A stretch of 64,000 nt of DNA, from NCBI GenBank assembly GCA_965199955.1, contig CBDATQ010000002.1, forward strand, positions 896,001-960,000. The letters are read 5' to 3'. A model generated the notes under the pieces. That model made no database searches. It was not told where the DNA came from and worked only from the letters and a program-made list of their open reading frames with translations. The stretch is from Spirochaetia bacterium (GTDB taxonomy: Bacteria; Spirochaetota; Spirochaetia; SZUA-6; Bin103). The position numbers and the translations under genes were made by a program. This document shows positions 17,596 to 27,065 of the stretch, piece after piece. Numbering within the stretch: the stretch's first letter is position 1; each line of letters begins with the position of its first letter.

Positions 17596-20346
17596 TCAGG
17601 AGGCCTTTTTCTGCCGCGTGGTGCGCTTGCTGCTTGTCGCGCTCTTGCGCCGTGCCGGCCGCTTGGCCGGTCCGCGCTCGCGGCGGAGCTGCAGCAGCTC
17701 GGCGGCCCGCTCCGGCGTGATCGTCTCCACCGCGTTGCCGGTACGGAGCGAGGCGTTGGTCTGGCCGTCGGTGACGTACGGGCCCCAGCGGCCCTCCTTG
17801 ATCACCATCGGCTGGCCGGTCGCCGGGTCGGCGCCGAGCTCGCGCAGCGGGGGCTGGGCGGCCGCCTGCCGGCGGCGTCCCTTCGGTTGCGCCAGGATCG
17901 CCAGGCACTCGTCCAGGGTGACGGTGAACATCAATTCCTCGGACTCCAGCGTGCGGCTGTCCGACCCCTTCTGGATGTACGGCCCGTAGCGTCCGTTCTG
18001 GGCGGTGATCGGCGTGCCGTCGGCGGGGTCCGTCCCAACCGTCCGGGGCAGCGTCAGCAGCTTCAGGGCATCGGCCAGCTCGATGCCGTCCAGGGTCATC
18101 GACCGCAGCAGCGACGCGGTTTTCGGCTTCTTCTTGCCGGTGTCCCCGGCGGTGCCGACCTGCACGTACGGTCCGAAGCGGCCGGCGCGGGCGATCACCG
18201 GCAGGCCGGTGTCCGGATCCTCCCCGAGCACGCGGTCGTCGTCGGGCTTGTCGATCAGCTCCAGGGCTGCCTCCACGGTCAGCTCGTCGGGGGGGATCTC
18301 CCCCGGGATGGTGGCGCGCTGCGGGCCGCGCTCCACGTACGGACCGAAGCGGCCCACGCGCGCCACGATGCCGGCGCCGCTGCCGTCGGTGCCGATCGCC
18401 ACGGAGTTCACCGCGCGCGCGTCGATCCGGTCCAGGCGGTCGGACACCATCGCCTTGAGGCCCGGGGCCTCGGGCTCCGACGCCGTCCTGCCGGATTCCC
18501 CGCCGTCCTGCGCGCCGTCGTCCGCGGGTGCGGGAACTTCGGCGCCGAAGTAGAAGCGGCGCAGCCACGGCTGCACGTCCTCGTCACCGGTGGCGATGTT
18601 GTCCAGCTCGTCCTCCATGCGCGCGGTGAAGGTGTAGTCGACCAGGTCGGAGAAGTGCTGCTCCAGCAGCCGCACGACCGAGAACGCGGTGAAGGTGGGA
18701 ACCAGCGCGGTGCCCCGCTTCCACACGTAGCCGCGGTCCTGGATGGTGTTCATGATCGACGCGTAGGTGGACGGCCGGCCCACGCCCAGCTCCTCCAGCC
18801 GCTTGACCAGTGAGGCTTCCGTGTAGCGGGCGGGAGGCGAGGTCTCGTGGCCAGCCGGCTCGAGCCCTTCGAGGCCGAGCCGGTCGCCGTCGGCGACCGC
18901 CGGCAGCGGCCGCTCCGTATCGCCGCTCGCCCGCGCCGCGGCGCCGCCCTCGGCGTCGGCACCCTCGGAATACACGCGGCGGAAGCCGTAGTGGCTGATC
19001 GTGGTGCCGGCCGCGGTGAACTCGGCGTCGCGCCCGTCGGCCGCCGCGCCGGCCACCCGCACCTGCACCGTGCTTCCGATGGCGTCGGTCATCTGCGAGG
19101 CGACCGTCCGCTTCCAGATCAACTCGTAGGCCCTCGCCTCGTCGCGCGACAGGGAGCCGCGCAACTCCTCCGGGGTGCGGAAGCGGTCGCCGGCCGGCCG
19201 GATGGCCTCGTGCGCCTCCTGCGCGTTCTTGACCTTCTTGGCGTAGCGGCGCGGCGAGTCCGGCAGGTAGTCGGCCCCGAAACGCTGCGCGATGGCGTCG
19301 CGCGCGGCGTTCAGGGCGGCCTGCGAGAGCGTCGTGCTGTCGGTGCGCATGTAGGTGATGTAGCCCTTCTCGTACAGCGACTGCGCCACGCGCATGGCCG
19401 CCGCGGCCGACATGCGCAGCTTGCGGCCCGCCTCCTGCTGGAAGGTGGAGGTCATGAACGGCGCGGCCGGCCGCCGGCGGTACGGTTTGCGCTCCACGCC
19501 GCGCACGCGGAACTCCGTCTCCTTCAGCCCCTCAGCGAGCGTGCGTGCGGCGCTCTCGTCCAGGTGGACGGTGTTCGGGCGCTTGAGCTCGCCTGCCTGG
19601 GTGAAGCTGGAGCCGGAGGCCACCGGCTTGCCGTCCAAGGTGGCGAGCCCGGCGCTGAAGTCGCGCGGCGCATCCGCGTCCACCGGACCGGTGACGCCGA
19701 AGGTGGCGGTCAGGCTCCAGTAGCCGGTCACCACGAATGCCATGCGCTCGCGCTCGCGCTCGACGGCGATGCGGGTGGCGACGCTCTGCACGCGACCGGC
19801 CGAGAGGCGCGGCTGGACCTTCTTCCACAGCACCGGGGACACCTCGTAGCCGTACAGGCGGTCCAGGATGCGCCGCGCTTCCTGCGCGTCCACCAGCCGG
19901 CGGTCGATGTCGCGCGGCTCGGCGATCGCGGCTTCGATGGCCGGGCGGGTGATCTCGTGAAACACCATGCGCTTCACGTCCATGCCCTTGGGCGGCTTCA
20001 GCTCCTGGTACAGGTGCCAGGCGATCGCCTCGCCCTCGCGGTCCTCGTCCGTGGCCAGGTACAGCACCTCGGCCTTGGCCAGCAGGTCTTTCAGCTTGCG
20101 GATCTGGCGGCGCTTGTCGGGCGGCACCACGTACAGCGGCTTGAAGCCGTTGTCGACGTCGATGCCCAGGCGCGCCCACGGCTGCTGCTTGTAGCGGGCG
20201 GGAATGTCGGCGGCGCTGCGGGGCAGGTCGCGGATGTGGCCGATCGACGACTCGACCACGAAGCCTGAGCCCAGGAAGCGGGCGATGGTGTTGGCCTTGG
20301 CCGGCGACTCGACGATCACCAGGGCCTTGGCGGCGGTCTTTGGCAC
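17596..20346 (-). CDS. topA: DNA topoisomerase I (type IA) with Topo C-terminal repeats
   Basis: LVIVESPAKA, ATDEDREGE, SAGRVQS, GYITYMRTDS (catalytic Tyr) and AQEAHEAIRP. Four GR(F/Y/W)GPY repeats and a basic tail. Confidence 0.97.
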   Translation of the reverse strand: MPKTAAKALVIVESPAKANTIARFLGSGFVVESSIGHIRDLPRSAADIPARYKQQPWARLGIDVDNGFKPLYVVPPDKRRQIRKLKDLLAKAEVLYLATDEDREGEAIAWHLYQELKPPKGMDVKRMVFHEITRPAIEAAIAEPRDIDRRLVDAQEARRILDRLYGYEVSPVLWKKVQPRLSAGRVQSVATRIAVERERERMAFVVTGYWSLTATFGVTGPVDADAPRDFSAGLATLDGKPVASGSSFTQAGELKRPNTVHLDESAARTLAEGLKETEFRVRGVERKPYRRRPAAPFMTSTFQQEAGRKLRMSAAAAMRVAQSLYEKGYITYMRTDSTTLSQAALNAARDAIAQRFGADYLPDSPRRYAKKVKNAQEAHEAIRPAGDRFRTPEELRGSLSRDEARAYELIWKRTVASQMTDAIGSTVQVRVAGAAADGRDAEFTAAGTTISHYGFRRVYSEGADAEGGAAARASGDTERPLPAVADGDRLGLEGLEPAGHETSPPARYTEASLVKRLEELGVGRPSTYASIMNTIQDRGYVWKRGTALVPTFTAFSVVRLLEQHFSDLVDYTFTARMEDELDNIATGDEDVQPWLRRFYFGAEVPAPADDGAQDGGESGRTASEPEAPGLKAMVSDRLDRIDARAVNSVAIGTDGSGAGIVARVGRFGPYVERGPQRATIPGEIPPDELTVEAALELIDKPDDDRVLGEDPDTGLPVIARAGRFGPYVQVGTAGDTGKKKPKTASLLRSMTLDGIELADALKLLTLPRTVGTDPADGTPITAQNGRYGPYIQKGSDSRTLESEELMFTVTLDECLAILAQPKGRRRQAAAQPPLRELGADPATGQPMVIKEGRWGPYVTDGQTNASLRTGNAVETITPERAAELLQLRRERGPAKRPARRKSATSSKRTTRQKKAS

Positions 20347-20401
20347 GGGCAGAACATACGGCCCGCCTGCCGACCGTTGTCAAGCGAGCCGCGGAGCCGG
20401 C

Positions 20402-21184
20402 TCAGAGCGCGGCCAGGGCGGTGTCCTCGATCGCCTGCAGCGGGGTGAAGTCGCGCTGGTTCTGGAACCAGGGGCGGTCGCCGTTGGTGCAGGCGTTGCC
20501 GCACGCGTTGTAGATCAGGTACAGGATCGCGCGCCGCCACGGCGAGATGTTGTTGGCCGAGCCGTGGATGAGGTTGCAGTCGACCAACGCCACGGTGCCG
20601 GCGGCGCCGATCAGCGGCTCGATGCCGTTCTCGCCGGCCAGGCGGGCGACGGTGTCGCGGTCCAGCTCGTACAGCGAGTAGCCCTTGACGTCTCGGTGCA
20701 GCTCGATCGAGTCGATGAAGCCGTGGCGGTGCGAGCGCGGGATCACCAGCAGCGGCGAGCGCGCCACCGGGCAATCGTCGATGAACACCGACGCCATGAT
20801 GCAGTCCGGCCGCTCCATGCCGTCGACCCGCTGCCAGGCGCTGTAGTCCTGGTGCCAGTCCCAGCGGGCTCCGGAGCCGAAGCCCTCCTTGGGGTTGAGG
20901 CGGCTCTGGTGCAGGTACACCTCGTCTTCCAGCAACTGCCGGCACGGCGCAAGCAGCCGCGGCAGCAGCGACAGCCGGCGGAACGGCTCCGAGTAGAGGT
21001 GCGTGCCGAACACCAGCCGCGCGGCGGCCCCGTCCTGCTCGCGGATCACCTCCGGCCCGGTGCGGGCCATGACCTCCGGCAGCGCGGCGCGCAGCGCCTC
21101 CACCTCCGCGGTGTCGAGGAGTCCCTCTAACAGCAGGTAACCGGTCTCCCGGTACTGCCGGATCTGGTCTTCGCTCAGCCGCAC
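20402..21184 (-). CDS. Fe(II)/2-oxoglutarate dioxygenase, PhyH family, EctD/proline-hydroxylase-like
   Basis: HQSRLNPKEGFG, WDWHQDYSAW...DGM and HGSANNISPWRR. Confidence 0.85.
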   Translation of the reverse strand: MRLSEDQIRQYRETGYLLLEGLLDTAEVEALRAALPEVMARTGPEVIREQDGAAARLVFGTHLYSEPFRRLSLLPRLLAPCRQLLEDEVYLHQSRLNPKEGFGSGARWDWHQDYSAWQRVDGMERPDCIMASVFIDDCPVARSPLLVIPRSHRHGFIDSIELHRDVKGYSLYELDRDTVARLAGENGIEPLIGAAGTVALVDCNLIHGSANNISPWRRAILYLIYNACGNACTNGDRPWFQNQRDFTPLQAIEDTALAAL

Positions 21185-21231
21185 GAGTACATCTTACCGG
21201 AGTACCCTGCACCCGTGACGCACCAGGAGCG

Positions 21232-23049
21232 ATGCCGATGAGCGGACATGCCGCCACCACAGCAACGCGAAACCGCAACCCCGGCGCGATGGACGGCCCG
21301 AACAAGGCGCGCCCGTCGGTGTCGCGCGCCAGCATCCACCGCGTGCTGGTCACCATCATCTGGCCGCGGCGCTGGATGCTCTTGCTCGGGCTGGTCCTGA
21401 TCGGCGTCAACAAGCTGGCCGGGCTGGTGCTCCCCTGGGCGTCCAAGGTGCTCATCGACGACGTCATCGGGCAGCAGAACACGTCGCTGCTGCCGCTGCT
21501 GCTGGCCGGCGTGGGCGGCGCCGTCGTGATGCAAGCGGCCAGCTCGTTCCTGCAGACGCGGCTGCTCAGCGTGCAGGCGCAGCACCTGATCTCCATCCTG
21601 CGCGCGCGCGTGCAGCGCCACCTGATCCGCCTGCCGGTCGCCTTCTTCGACGACAACCAGACCGGGGCGCTGACTTCGCGCGTGATGCGCGATGTGGAGG
21701 GGGTGCGCAACCTGATCGGCACCGGGCTCGCGCACCTGGTGGGCGGGGCGCTGACCTCCGTGGTGGTGCTGATCCTGATGCTGCGCATCAGCGTGCCGAT
21801 GACGCTGTTCACGCTGGTGCCGATCGCCCTGTTCGGCGTGCTGTCGGGCCGGGCGTTCCGGGCGATCCGCCCCGTCTTTCGCGAGCGCGGCGCCATCAAC
21901 GCGGAGGTCACCGGCCGGCTCACCGAGTCGCTGAGCGGCATCCGCGTGATCAAGGGCTTCCACGCCGAGAAGCATGAAGATGAGATCTTCTCCCGCGGCG
22001 TGCAGCGCATCTTCCAGAACGTGCGCAAGTCGCTGACCGCCACCAGCCTGCTGACCAGCGGCGGCGCGCTGATCATGGGGCTCTCCGCGGTGCTGATCAT
22101 GGCCGTGGGTGCGTCGCTGATCCTGCGCGGCGCCATGACCGTGGGCGACTTCGTCTCCTTCAGCCTGTACCTGGCCGTGATGGTCGCGCCCGTGGTGCAG
22201 ATGACCCGCATCGGCACCGAGATCACCGAGGCGTTCGCTGGCCTGGACCGCACGGAGGAGCTGCTGGCCAATCCGCCGGAGGGTCACGAGCCGGACCGCA
22301 CCGTGGCGCTGCCGCGCGTGCAAGGCGACATCGTCTTCGACGGCGTCTCCTTCGGCTACCGGGAGGACCAGGCGGTGCTGCACGGCGTCAGCCTGCGGGC
22401 GGCCGCGGGCACGATGACCGCGCTGGTGGGCACCTCGGGCTCCGGCAAGACCACGATCGCGGGACTGGCGGCCTCCTTCCTGGTCCCCGATACCGGCACG
22501 GTCACCGTCGACGGCCACGACCTGACGACCGTCACCCTGGACAGCTACCGCAGCCAGCTCGGCGTGGTGCTGCAGGACGAGTTCCTGTTCGAGGGCACCA
22601 TCCGCGACAACATCCTGTTCGCCCGTCCGGACGCGAGCGAGGAGGCGCTGCGACGGGCGGTGCGCGCCGCGCACGTGGACGAATTCACCGACCGCTTCGA
22701 CGACGGGCTGGAGACCCTGATCGGCGAGCGCGGCGTCAAGCTGTCCGGCGGCCAGCGGCAGCGGGTCGCTCTGGCGCGCGCCATGCTGGCTGACCCGCGC
22801 GTGCTGATCCTGGACGAGGCGACCTCGAACCTGGACACCGCGAGCGAGGCGCTCATCCAGCAGAGCCTGGCCGAGTTGATGGTCGGGCGCACCACGCTGG
22901 TGATCGCCCACCGCCTGAGCACGATCCGGCGCGCCGACCAGATCCTGGTGGTGGAGGAGGGCTGCATCGTCGAGCGCGGCACCCACGACCAGCTCATCGC
23001 CGCGGACGGCCGCTACCGCACGCTCTACGAGTACCAGGCGCGCATCTGA
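21232..23049 (+). CDS. ABC exporter, fused permease/ATPase (MsbA/MdlB-like)
   Basis: TM domain plus GTSGSGKTT, LSGGQRQR, ILDEATS and IAHRLSTI. The start could be 21238 or 21289. Confidence 0.92.
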   Translation: MPMSGHAATTATRNRNPGAMDGPNKARPSVSRASIHRVLVTIIWPRRWMLLLGLVLIGVNKLAGLVLPWASKVLIDDVIGQQNTSLLPLLLAGVGGAVVMQAASSFLQTRLLSVQAQHLISILRARVQRHLIRLPVAFFDDNQTGALTSRVMRDVEGVRNLIGTGLAHLVGGALTSVVVLILMLRISVPMTLFTLVPIALFGVLSGRAFRAIRPVFRERGAINAEVTGRLTESLSGIRVIKGFHAEKHEDEIFSRGVQRIFQNVRKSLTATSLLTSGGALIMGLSAVLIMAVGASLILRGAMTVGDFVSFSLYLAVMVAPVVQMTRIGTEITEAFAGLDRTEELLANPPEGHEPDRTVALPRVQGDIVFDGVSFGYREDQAVLHGVSLRAAAGTMTALVGTSGSGKTTIAGLAASFLVPDTGTVTVDGHDLTTVTLDSYRSQLGVVLQDEFLFEGTIRDNILFARPDASEEALRRAVRAAHVDEFTDRFDDGLETLIGERGVKLSGGQRQRVALARAMLADPRVLILDEATSNLDTASEALIQQSLAELMVGRTTLVIAHRLSTIRRADQILVVEEGCIVERGTHDQLIAADGRYRTLYEYQARI

Positions 23050-23067
23050 CGGCGCCCGGCCGGACGC

Positions 23068-24045
23068 TCAGGCGGCGCGGCGCGCGACGTCGATGAGGGC
23101 GCGGATGTAGCCGATCGCGTAGGCGCGGCCGCGGTGGCCCCAGTCGGTGTCCTCGACCATCGCCGGCACGTGGTCGGTGATCATGAAGCCCGTGAAGCCC
23201 ACCTCGTGCAGCGCCTGCACCACCGCGAAGGTGTCCTGGTTGCCCTCGTCGATGAAGCACTCGTTGAAGCACGGCACCTCGCCCTGCACGTCGCGGAAGT
23301 GCACGTAGACAATCCGCTTCCGGCCGCCGAAGTGGCGCACGGCGTCGACTACGCCGGCAGGCCCCATCTCCGACCAGCAGCCCATGCAGAAGTCCAGCCC
23401 GTGGTTGGGGCTGTCGAAGGTGTCGATGGCGCGCTTGAAGCCTTCGAAGTTGCGGAAGATGCGGGCGACGCCGCCCAGCGACGGCACCGGCGGGTCGTCC
23501 GGGTGCAGGGCCAGGGTGATGCCCGCCTCCTCGGCGACCGGCAGGATCGCGCCCAGGTAGTGCTCGTAGTTGGCCCACATCTCGTCCTCGTCGAAGACGC
23601 GGCCGTGGGTCAGGGGCGCGTCGCCGTGCTCGGCCAGGTCGAAGCGGGTCGCCAGCGCGCCGCCGCGCAGTCGCTCGCGCTCGGGCGAGCGCCATACCTG
23701 GTTCGGCATCCAGTGGTAGCCCAGGATCGGGATGCCGGCGCGGCCCATGTTGCGGATGGTCGCCTGCATGTTCTCGATCTGCTCGTCGCGGCCGGGCAGG
23801 CCCAGCATGGCCTTGTCGTAGAAGCTCACCGGCACGTTTTCCAGGCACATCAGCCGCAGCTCGGCGGCGTCCGCGCGCTCGCGCAGCGCCACCAGGTCGT
23901 CCAGCTCCCAGCGGCCGGTGCGGGGCAGGTTCGGGGTGTTCATCAGGAAGTCGTCGGCGCCGACCTGCTTGATGAAGGCGAGCTTCTCGTCGGTGAGGTC
24001 GCTGAACTGGCCCAGGGCGATCCTCATCTCGTTTGCTGACCGCAT
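23068..24045 (-). CDS. uxuA: Mannonate dehydratase (UxuA family)
   Basis: ALHPDDPP, GLDFCMGCWSE, VHFRDV, FIDEG, TDHVP and RAYAIGYI. RBS GAGGAGG before 24045. Confidence 0.8.
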   Translation of the reverse strand: MRSANEMRIALGQFSDLTDEKLAFIKQVGADDFLMNTPNLPRTGRWELDDLVALRERADAAELRLMCLENVPVSFYDKAMLGLPGRDEQIENMQATIRNMGRAGIPILGYHWMPNQVWRSPERERLRGGALATRFDLAEHGDAPLTHGRVFDEDEMWANYEHYLGAILPVAEEAGITLALHPDDPPVPSLGGVARIFRNFEGFKRAIDTFDSPNHGLDFCMGCWSEMGPAGVVDAVRHFGGRKRIVYVHFRDVQGEVPCFNECFIDEGNQDTFAVVQALHEVGFTGFMITDHVPAMVEDTDWGHRGRAYAIGYIRALIDVARRAA

Positions 24046-24253
24046 GTCGTCCTCCTCTCTCGTGCGCTCACGCGACGCGGAACGACCAGATGCTGGCCGC
24101 GCGCAGGTGGAAGCGAATATAGACCGGACGGCCCTGCAGCGCGTCACGTCGATCGGCCGGTACTGCGGCATGGGAGCGTTCTCGCCTTGGGGGACGACCA
24201 TTCCATCAGCCACGGCCACCGTCAATCGCCGGCCGTGTGATAGCCTTGTTTCG

Positions 24254-24384
24254 ATGGAAAACCGGACGCTGCTCGACGGCCGGCTGGAGGTGCGCACCGG
24301 CGACATCACCGGCAGTTGATCCTGGTCTTCTTTTCGGGCGATGATGCGCAAGGCTTTCTGGACGTGATCGCACAAACCGACTGA
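24254..24384 (+). pseudogene. Hollowed macro-domain (O-acetyl-ADP-ribose deacetylase-like) gene
   Basis: MENRTLLDGRLEVRTGDIT (macro N-terminus) is joined out of frame to QLILVFFSGDDAQGFLDVIAQTD* (macro C-terminal strand/helix). Confidence 0.55.
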
Positions 24385-24401
24385 GCCGTAGGGAAGAAGC
24401 T

Positions 24402-25346
24402 ATGGGACAGCAGGGCACGCTCGTACAGGAACGGCCGCTCGTGCAGGAGCGGCTGGACGCGGAGGGGCCGCCGGCGGCCGCGCCGTTGCCGACGCGCCGG
24501 CTGGGCAAGACCGAGCTGGAGGTGCCGATCCTGGGCTACGGAAGTGCGCCGGGCGGCATGGGCCTTTCCGACAGCGAGGCGATCGGCCTCCTGCACCGGG
24601 CGATCGATCTGGGCGTCACCTACCTGGACACCGCCCCCGGCTACGGCCAGGCGCACAAGCAGCTCTGCGAGGTGCTGGCCGACCGCCGGGACGAGGTGAT
24701 CGTCGCCACCAAGGCTCCGGTGGACACCAAGCAGGAGGCGCTCGACTCGCTCACGAAGTCGCTGCGCGACCTGGACGTCGATCATGTCGACATCGCCTAT
24801 GTCCACAACCTGGGTCCGCGCGACGCCGAGCTGGTGCTGGGCAGCGACGGCGCGCTGGCCGGATTGCAGGAGGCCAAGCGTTCCGGCATGGCGCGCTTCA
24901 TCGGCTTCACCAGCCACTCCCACCCGGGGCAGGCCGCGCGGGCGCTCGCCGAGCACGACGTGGACGTGATCATGGTGCCGGTCAACTACGGCGACCAGCA
25001 CACGTACAGGTGGGAGCGGCAGGTGCTGCCGGTCGCGCACGAGAGCGACGTCGGGATCGCGGCGATGAAGGTGTACGGCGGCGCCACGAAGATGCACTAC
25101 GAAGAGCCGACGCCGGCGGCGCTCACCGTCCGGGGGCCAGTGGACCACGAACCGGCGATGCGCTGGGCGCTGGAGCAGACCGGCGTGGCCATCGCCGTGA
25201 TCGGCATGTTCAGCGAGGCTGAGATCGAGCAGAACGTGCGCTGGGCGCACCGCGTACGGGAGCTGACAGCCGACGAGCGACGGATGCTCGACCACGAGGG
25301 CAAGGCGCTCGCCGAGTCGTGGGGCGAGCACTTCGGGCCTTCCTGA
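24402..25346 (+). CDS. Aldo/keto reductase
   Basis: RRLGKT, YLDTAPGYG, VATK, RFIGFTSH and AMKVYGG. Confidence 0.88.
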   Translation: MGQQGTLVQERPLVQERLDAEGPPAAAPLPTRRLGKTELEVPILGYGSAPGGMGLSDSEAIGLLHRAIDLGVTYLDTAPGYGQAHKQLCEVLADRRDEVIVATKAPVDTKQEALDSLTKSLRDLDVDHVDIAYVHNLGPRDAELVLGSDGALAGLQEAKRSGMARFIGFTSHSHPGQAARALAEHDVDVIMVPVNYGDQHTYRWERQVLPVAHESDVGIAAMKVYGGATKMHYEEPTPAALTVRGPVDHEPAMRWALEQTGVAIAVIGMFSEAEIEQNVRWAHRVRELTADERRMLDHEGKALAESWGEHFGPS

Positions 25347-25350
25347 CGGC

Positions 25351-26028
25351 GTGGTATTGCGCGGCGAGCGGCACGTCATCGTCTCGGAGAGCGTCAACCG
25401 CGGCTACTGGACGGGCGGCCATTATCCGGAGGCGTGGACGCCGGTCAGCGTCTTCAGGCGCTACGACCCGGAGCCCCAGGGGTCCGGGGTGGAGCCCCAC
25501 TATCACGACGGCGACGAGTTCTGGCTGTTCGCCGAAGGGGACGGCGAGGTATGGCTGGGTGACCGGGTGCACCCGATCACGCCCAACACCGCCGTCTACA
25601 CACCGCGCGGCGTCGTGCACCGCTTCCAGATGTTCACGGAGTTCCAGAACAACGCGCTGGTGACGCGCCTGGAAGTCCGGCAGCGCCAGGGCCACCTGGT
25701 GCCGGCGGCCGACGGCGAACCTCGCGCCCTCGCCGCGCCGATCATCGTCGGCGGCGAGGAGAACTCGGGTCCCTTTCTGGATCGCGGCCCGCGCTGTCCG
25801 CTGAGCGAGCTGCGGGTGGTCGATCTGGGGACCGGCGAGGCCCCCTCGGACCTGGACGGAGCTGCACTGACCAACGAGCACCTGCTGGTGCTCAGCGGCG
25901 CCGTCGAGCTGACGGCGGACGGCGTGACCGTGACAATGGCTCGCGGCGACGTCGCCCTCCTGCGAGCCGACGCGTCACGCCGGGTGGCGAGCACAGCCGG
26001 GGCGCGCGTGGCGCTGGCGCGGGAATGA
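25351..26028 (+). CDS. Cupin domain protein (two cupin-like halves)
   Basis: EPHYHDGDEFW and YTPRGVVHRF cupin motifs, plus a second EHLLVLSG motif. Confidence 0.75.
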   Translation: MVLRGERHVIVSESVNRGYWTGGHYPEAWTPVSVFRRYDPEPQGSGVEPHYHDGDEFWLFAEGDGEVWLGDRVHPITPNTAVYTPRGVVHRFQMFTEFQNNALVTRLEVRQRQGHLVPAADGEPRALAAPIIVGGEENSGPFLDRGPRCPLSELRVVDLGTGEAPSDLDGAALTNEHLLVLSGAVELTADGVTVTMARGDVALLRADASRRVASTAGARVALARE

Positions 26029-26097
26029 CCGGCCAGGAGACCGGGAGCGGCGACAAAGGCTCGCCCGTAAGGCCCGTGGCGGCGGGTCGCAGGCGAG

Positions 26098-26517
26098 ATG
26101 GCGCTCGAGCACCCGCTGTTCAACGTCGAGTGCCAGGAGATTGCCGCCGGTGAGGACCGTCGGGACGTCGTCGCCATCCATACCGGAAACTGGGTGAACG
26201 TGATCCCCATACGCGACGACGGGCACGTGGTCCTGATCCGCCAGTGGCGCTTCGGGATCGCCGCGCCGACGCTGGAGATCCCCGGCGGCGTGGTCGATCC
26301 CGGCGAGTTACCGCACGAGGCCGCTCAACGGGAACTGCTGGAAGAGGCCGGCTACCGTGCGGCGCGGTGGACCCCGCGCGGCGACGGCGACGAGGAGATC
26401 GAGGTCGACTCAGCCCCTCTCGCGAGCATCCCTGACCTGATACGCGATGGCCGCATTTCCCACTCGTTGGTAATCGTCGCGTTCCATCTGCTGTCCCTGC
26501 GTGGAGGTGAACATTGA
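26098..26517 (+). pseudogene. NUDIX hydrolase (ADP-ribose pyrophosphatase-like) with an in-frame internal deletion
   Basis: Intact NUDIX box GGVVDPGE...AAQRELLEEAG. RWTP is joined directly to RGDGDEEIEV, so the usual intervening strands are absent. Confidence 0.55.
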
Positions 26518-26828
26518 AACGCATCGTGATCGTCGTTGTCGTGCTCGTTGCCACGCTGGTGCTGGCTAGCTGCGCCGCCGGCCCCAACTCGCTGGTCGGC
26601 TTAGCCGACGACGAAGGCCGGCTTGCCGGCTTCGGGTTGGGTATCTGGCACGGGGTGATCGCACCGATCACCTTCGTGATTTCGCTCTTCTCGGAACGCG
26701 TGCACCTGTACGAGGTCCACAACAACGGCAACTGGTACAACTTGGGATTCATGATCGGCCTGTGGGTTTCGATCGCCGGTCCCGCCCACGGCACGGCCCG
26801 CAAGCGGCGTCGCCGATCGCCCGAGTGA
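26514..26828 (+). CDS. Small membrane lipoprotein, conserved hypothetical
   Basis: Lipobox LASC followed by GIWHGVIAPITF and YEVHNNGNWYNLGF. Confidence 0.7.
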   Translation: MKRIVIVVVVLVATLVLASCAAGPNSLVGLADDEGRLAGFGLGIWHGVIAPITFVISLFSERVHLYEVHNNGNWYNLGFMIGLWVSIAGPAHGTARKRRRRSPE

Positions 26829-27065
26829 GGGCGTTGGCGCTCGCGGGCTTTCTGCTGTCGCTTCGAGGTTCGCTTCGCTCACTCGGTCCGGCCGTCGCGG
26901 AACGGTGTCTCCCGTCCGGGTTCCCGACGGTCCGTAGCATCGAGGTTCGCACCGCGTGGGATGTTGTCCACAAGCCATCTCCCGAGTGGTTTTGGCGCTC
27001 GCGTACTGGAGTGCAACAGCTCGGACGGCACGACGACGAGCGTTGCCCCGGACGTGGCGACCGCC

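Noticed and set aside
23047..23072. CCGGACGCTCAGG shared with about 60507-60519 between convergent genes (REP-like?)
   Set aside because: Only two short copies, partly explained by TGA stop context and GC richness.
26964..26972. DnaA-box-like TTGTCCACA (and similar 9-mers near 11464-11483)
   Set aside because: Isolated copies with no dnaA/dnaN or AT-rich unwinding region, so not an origin.
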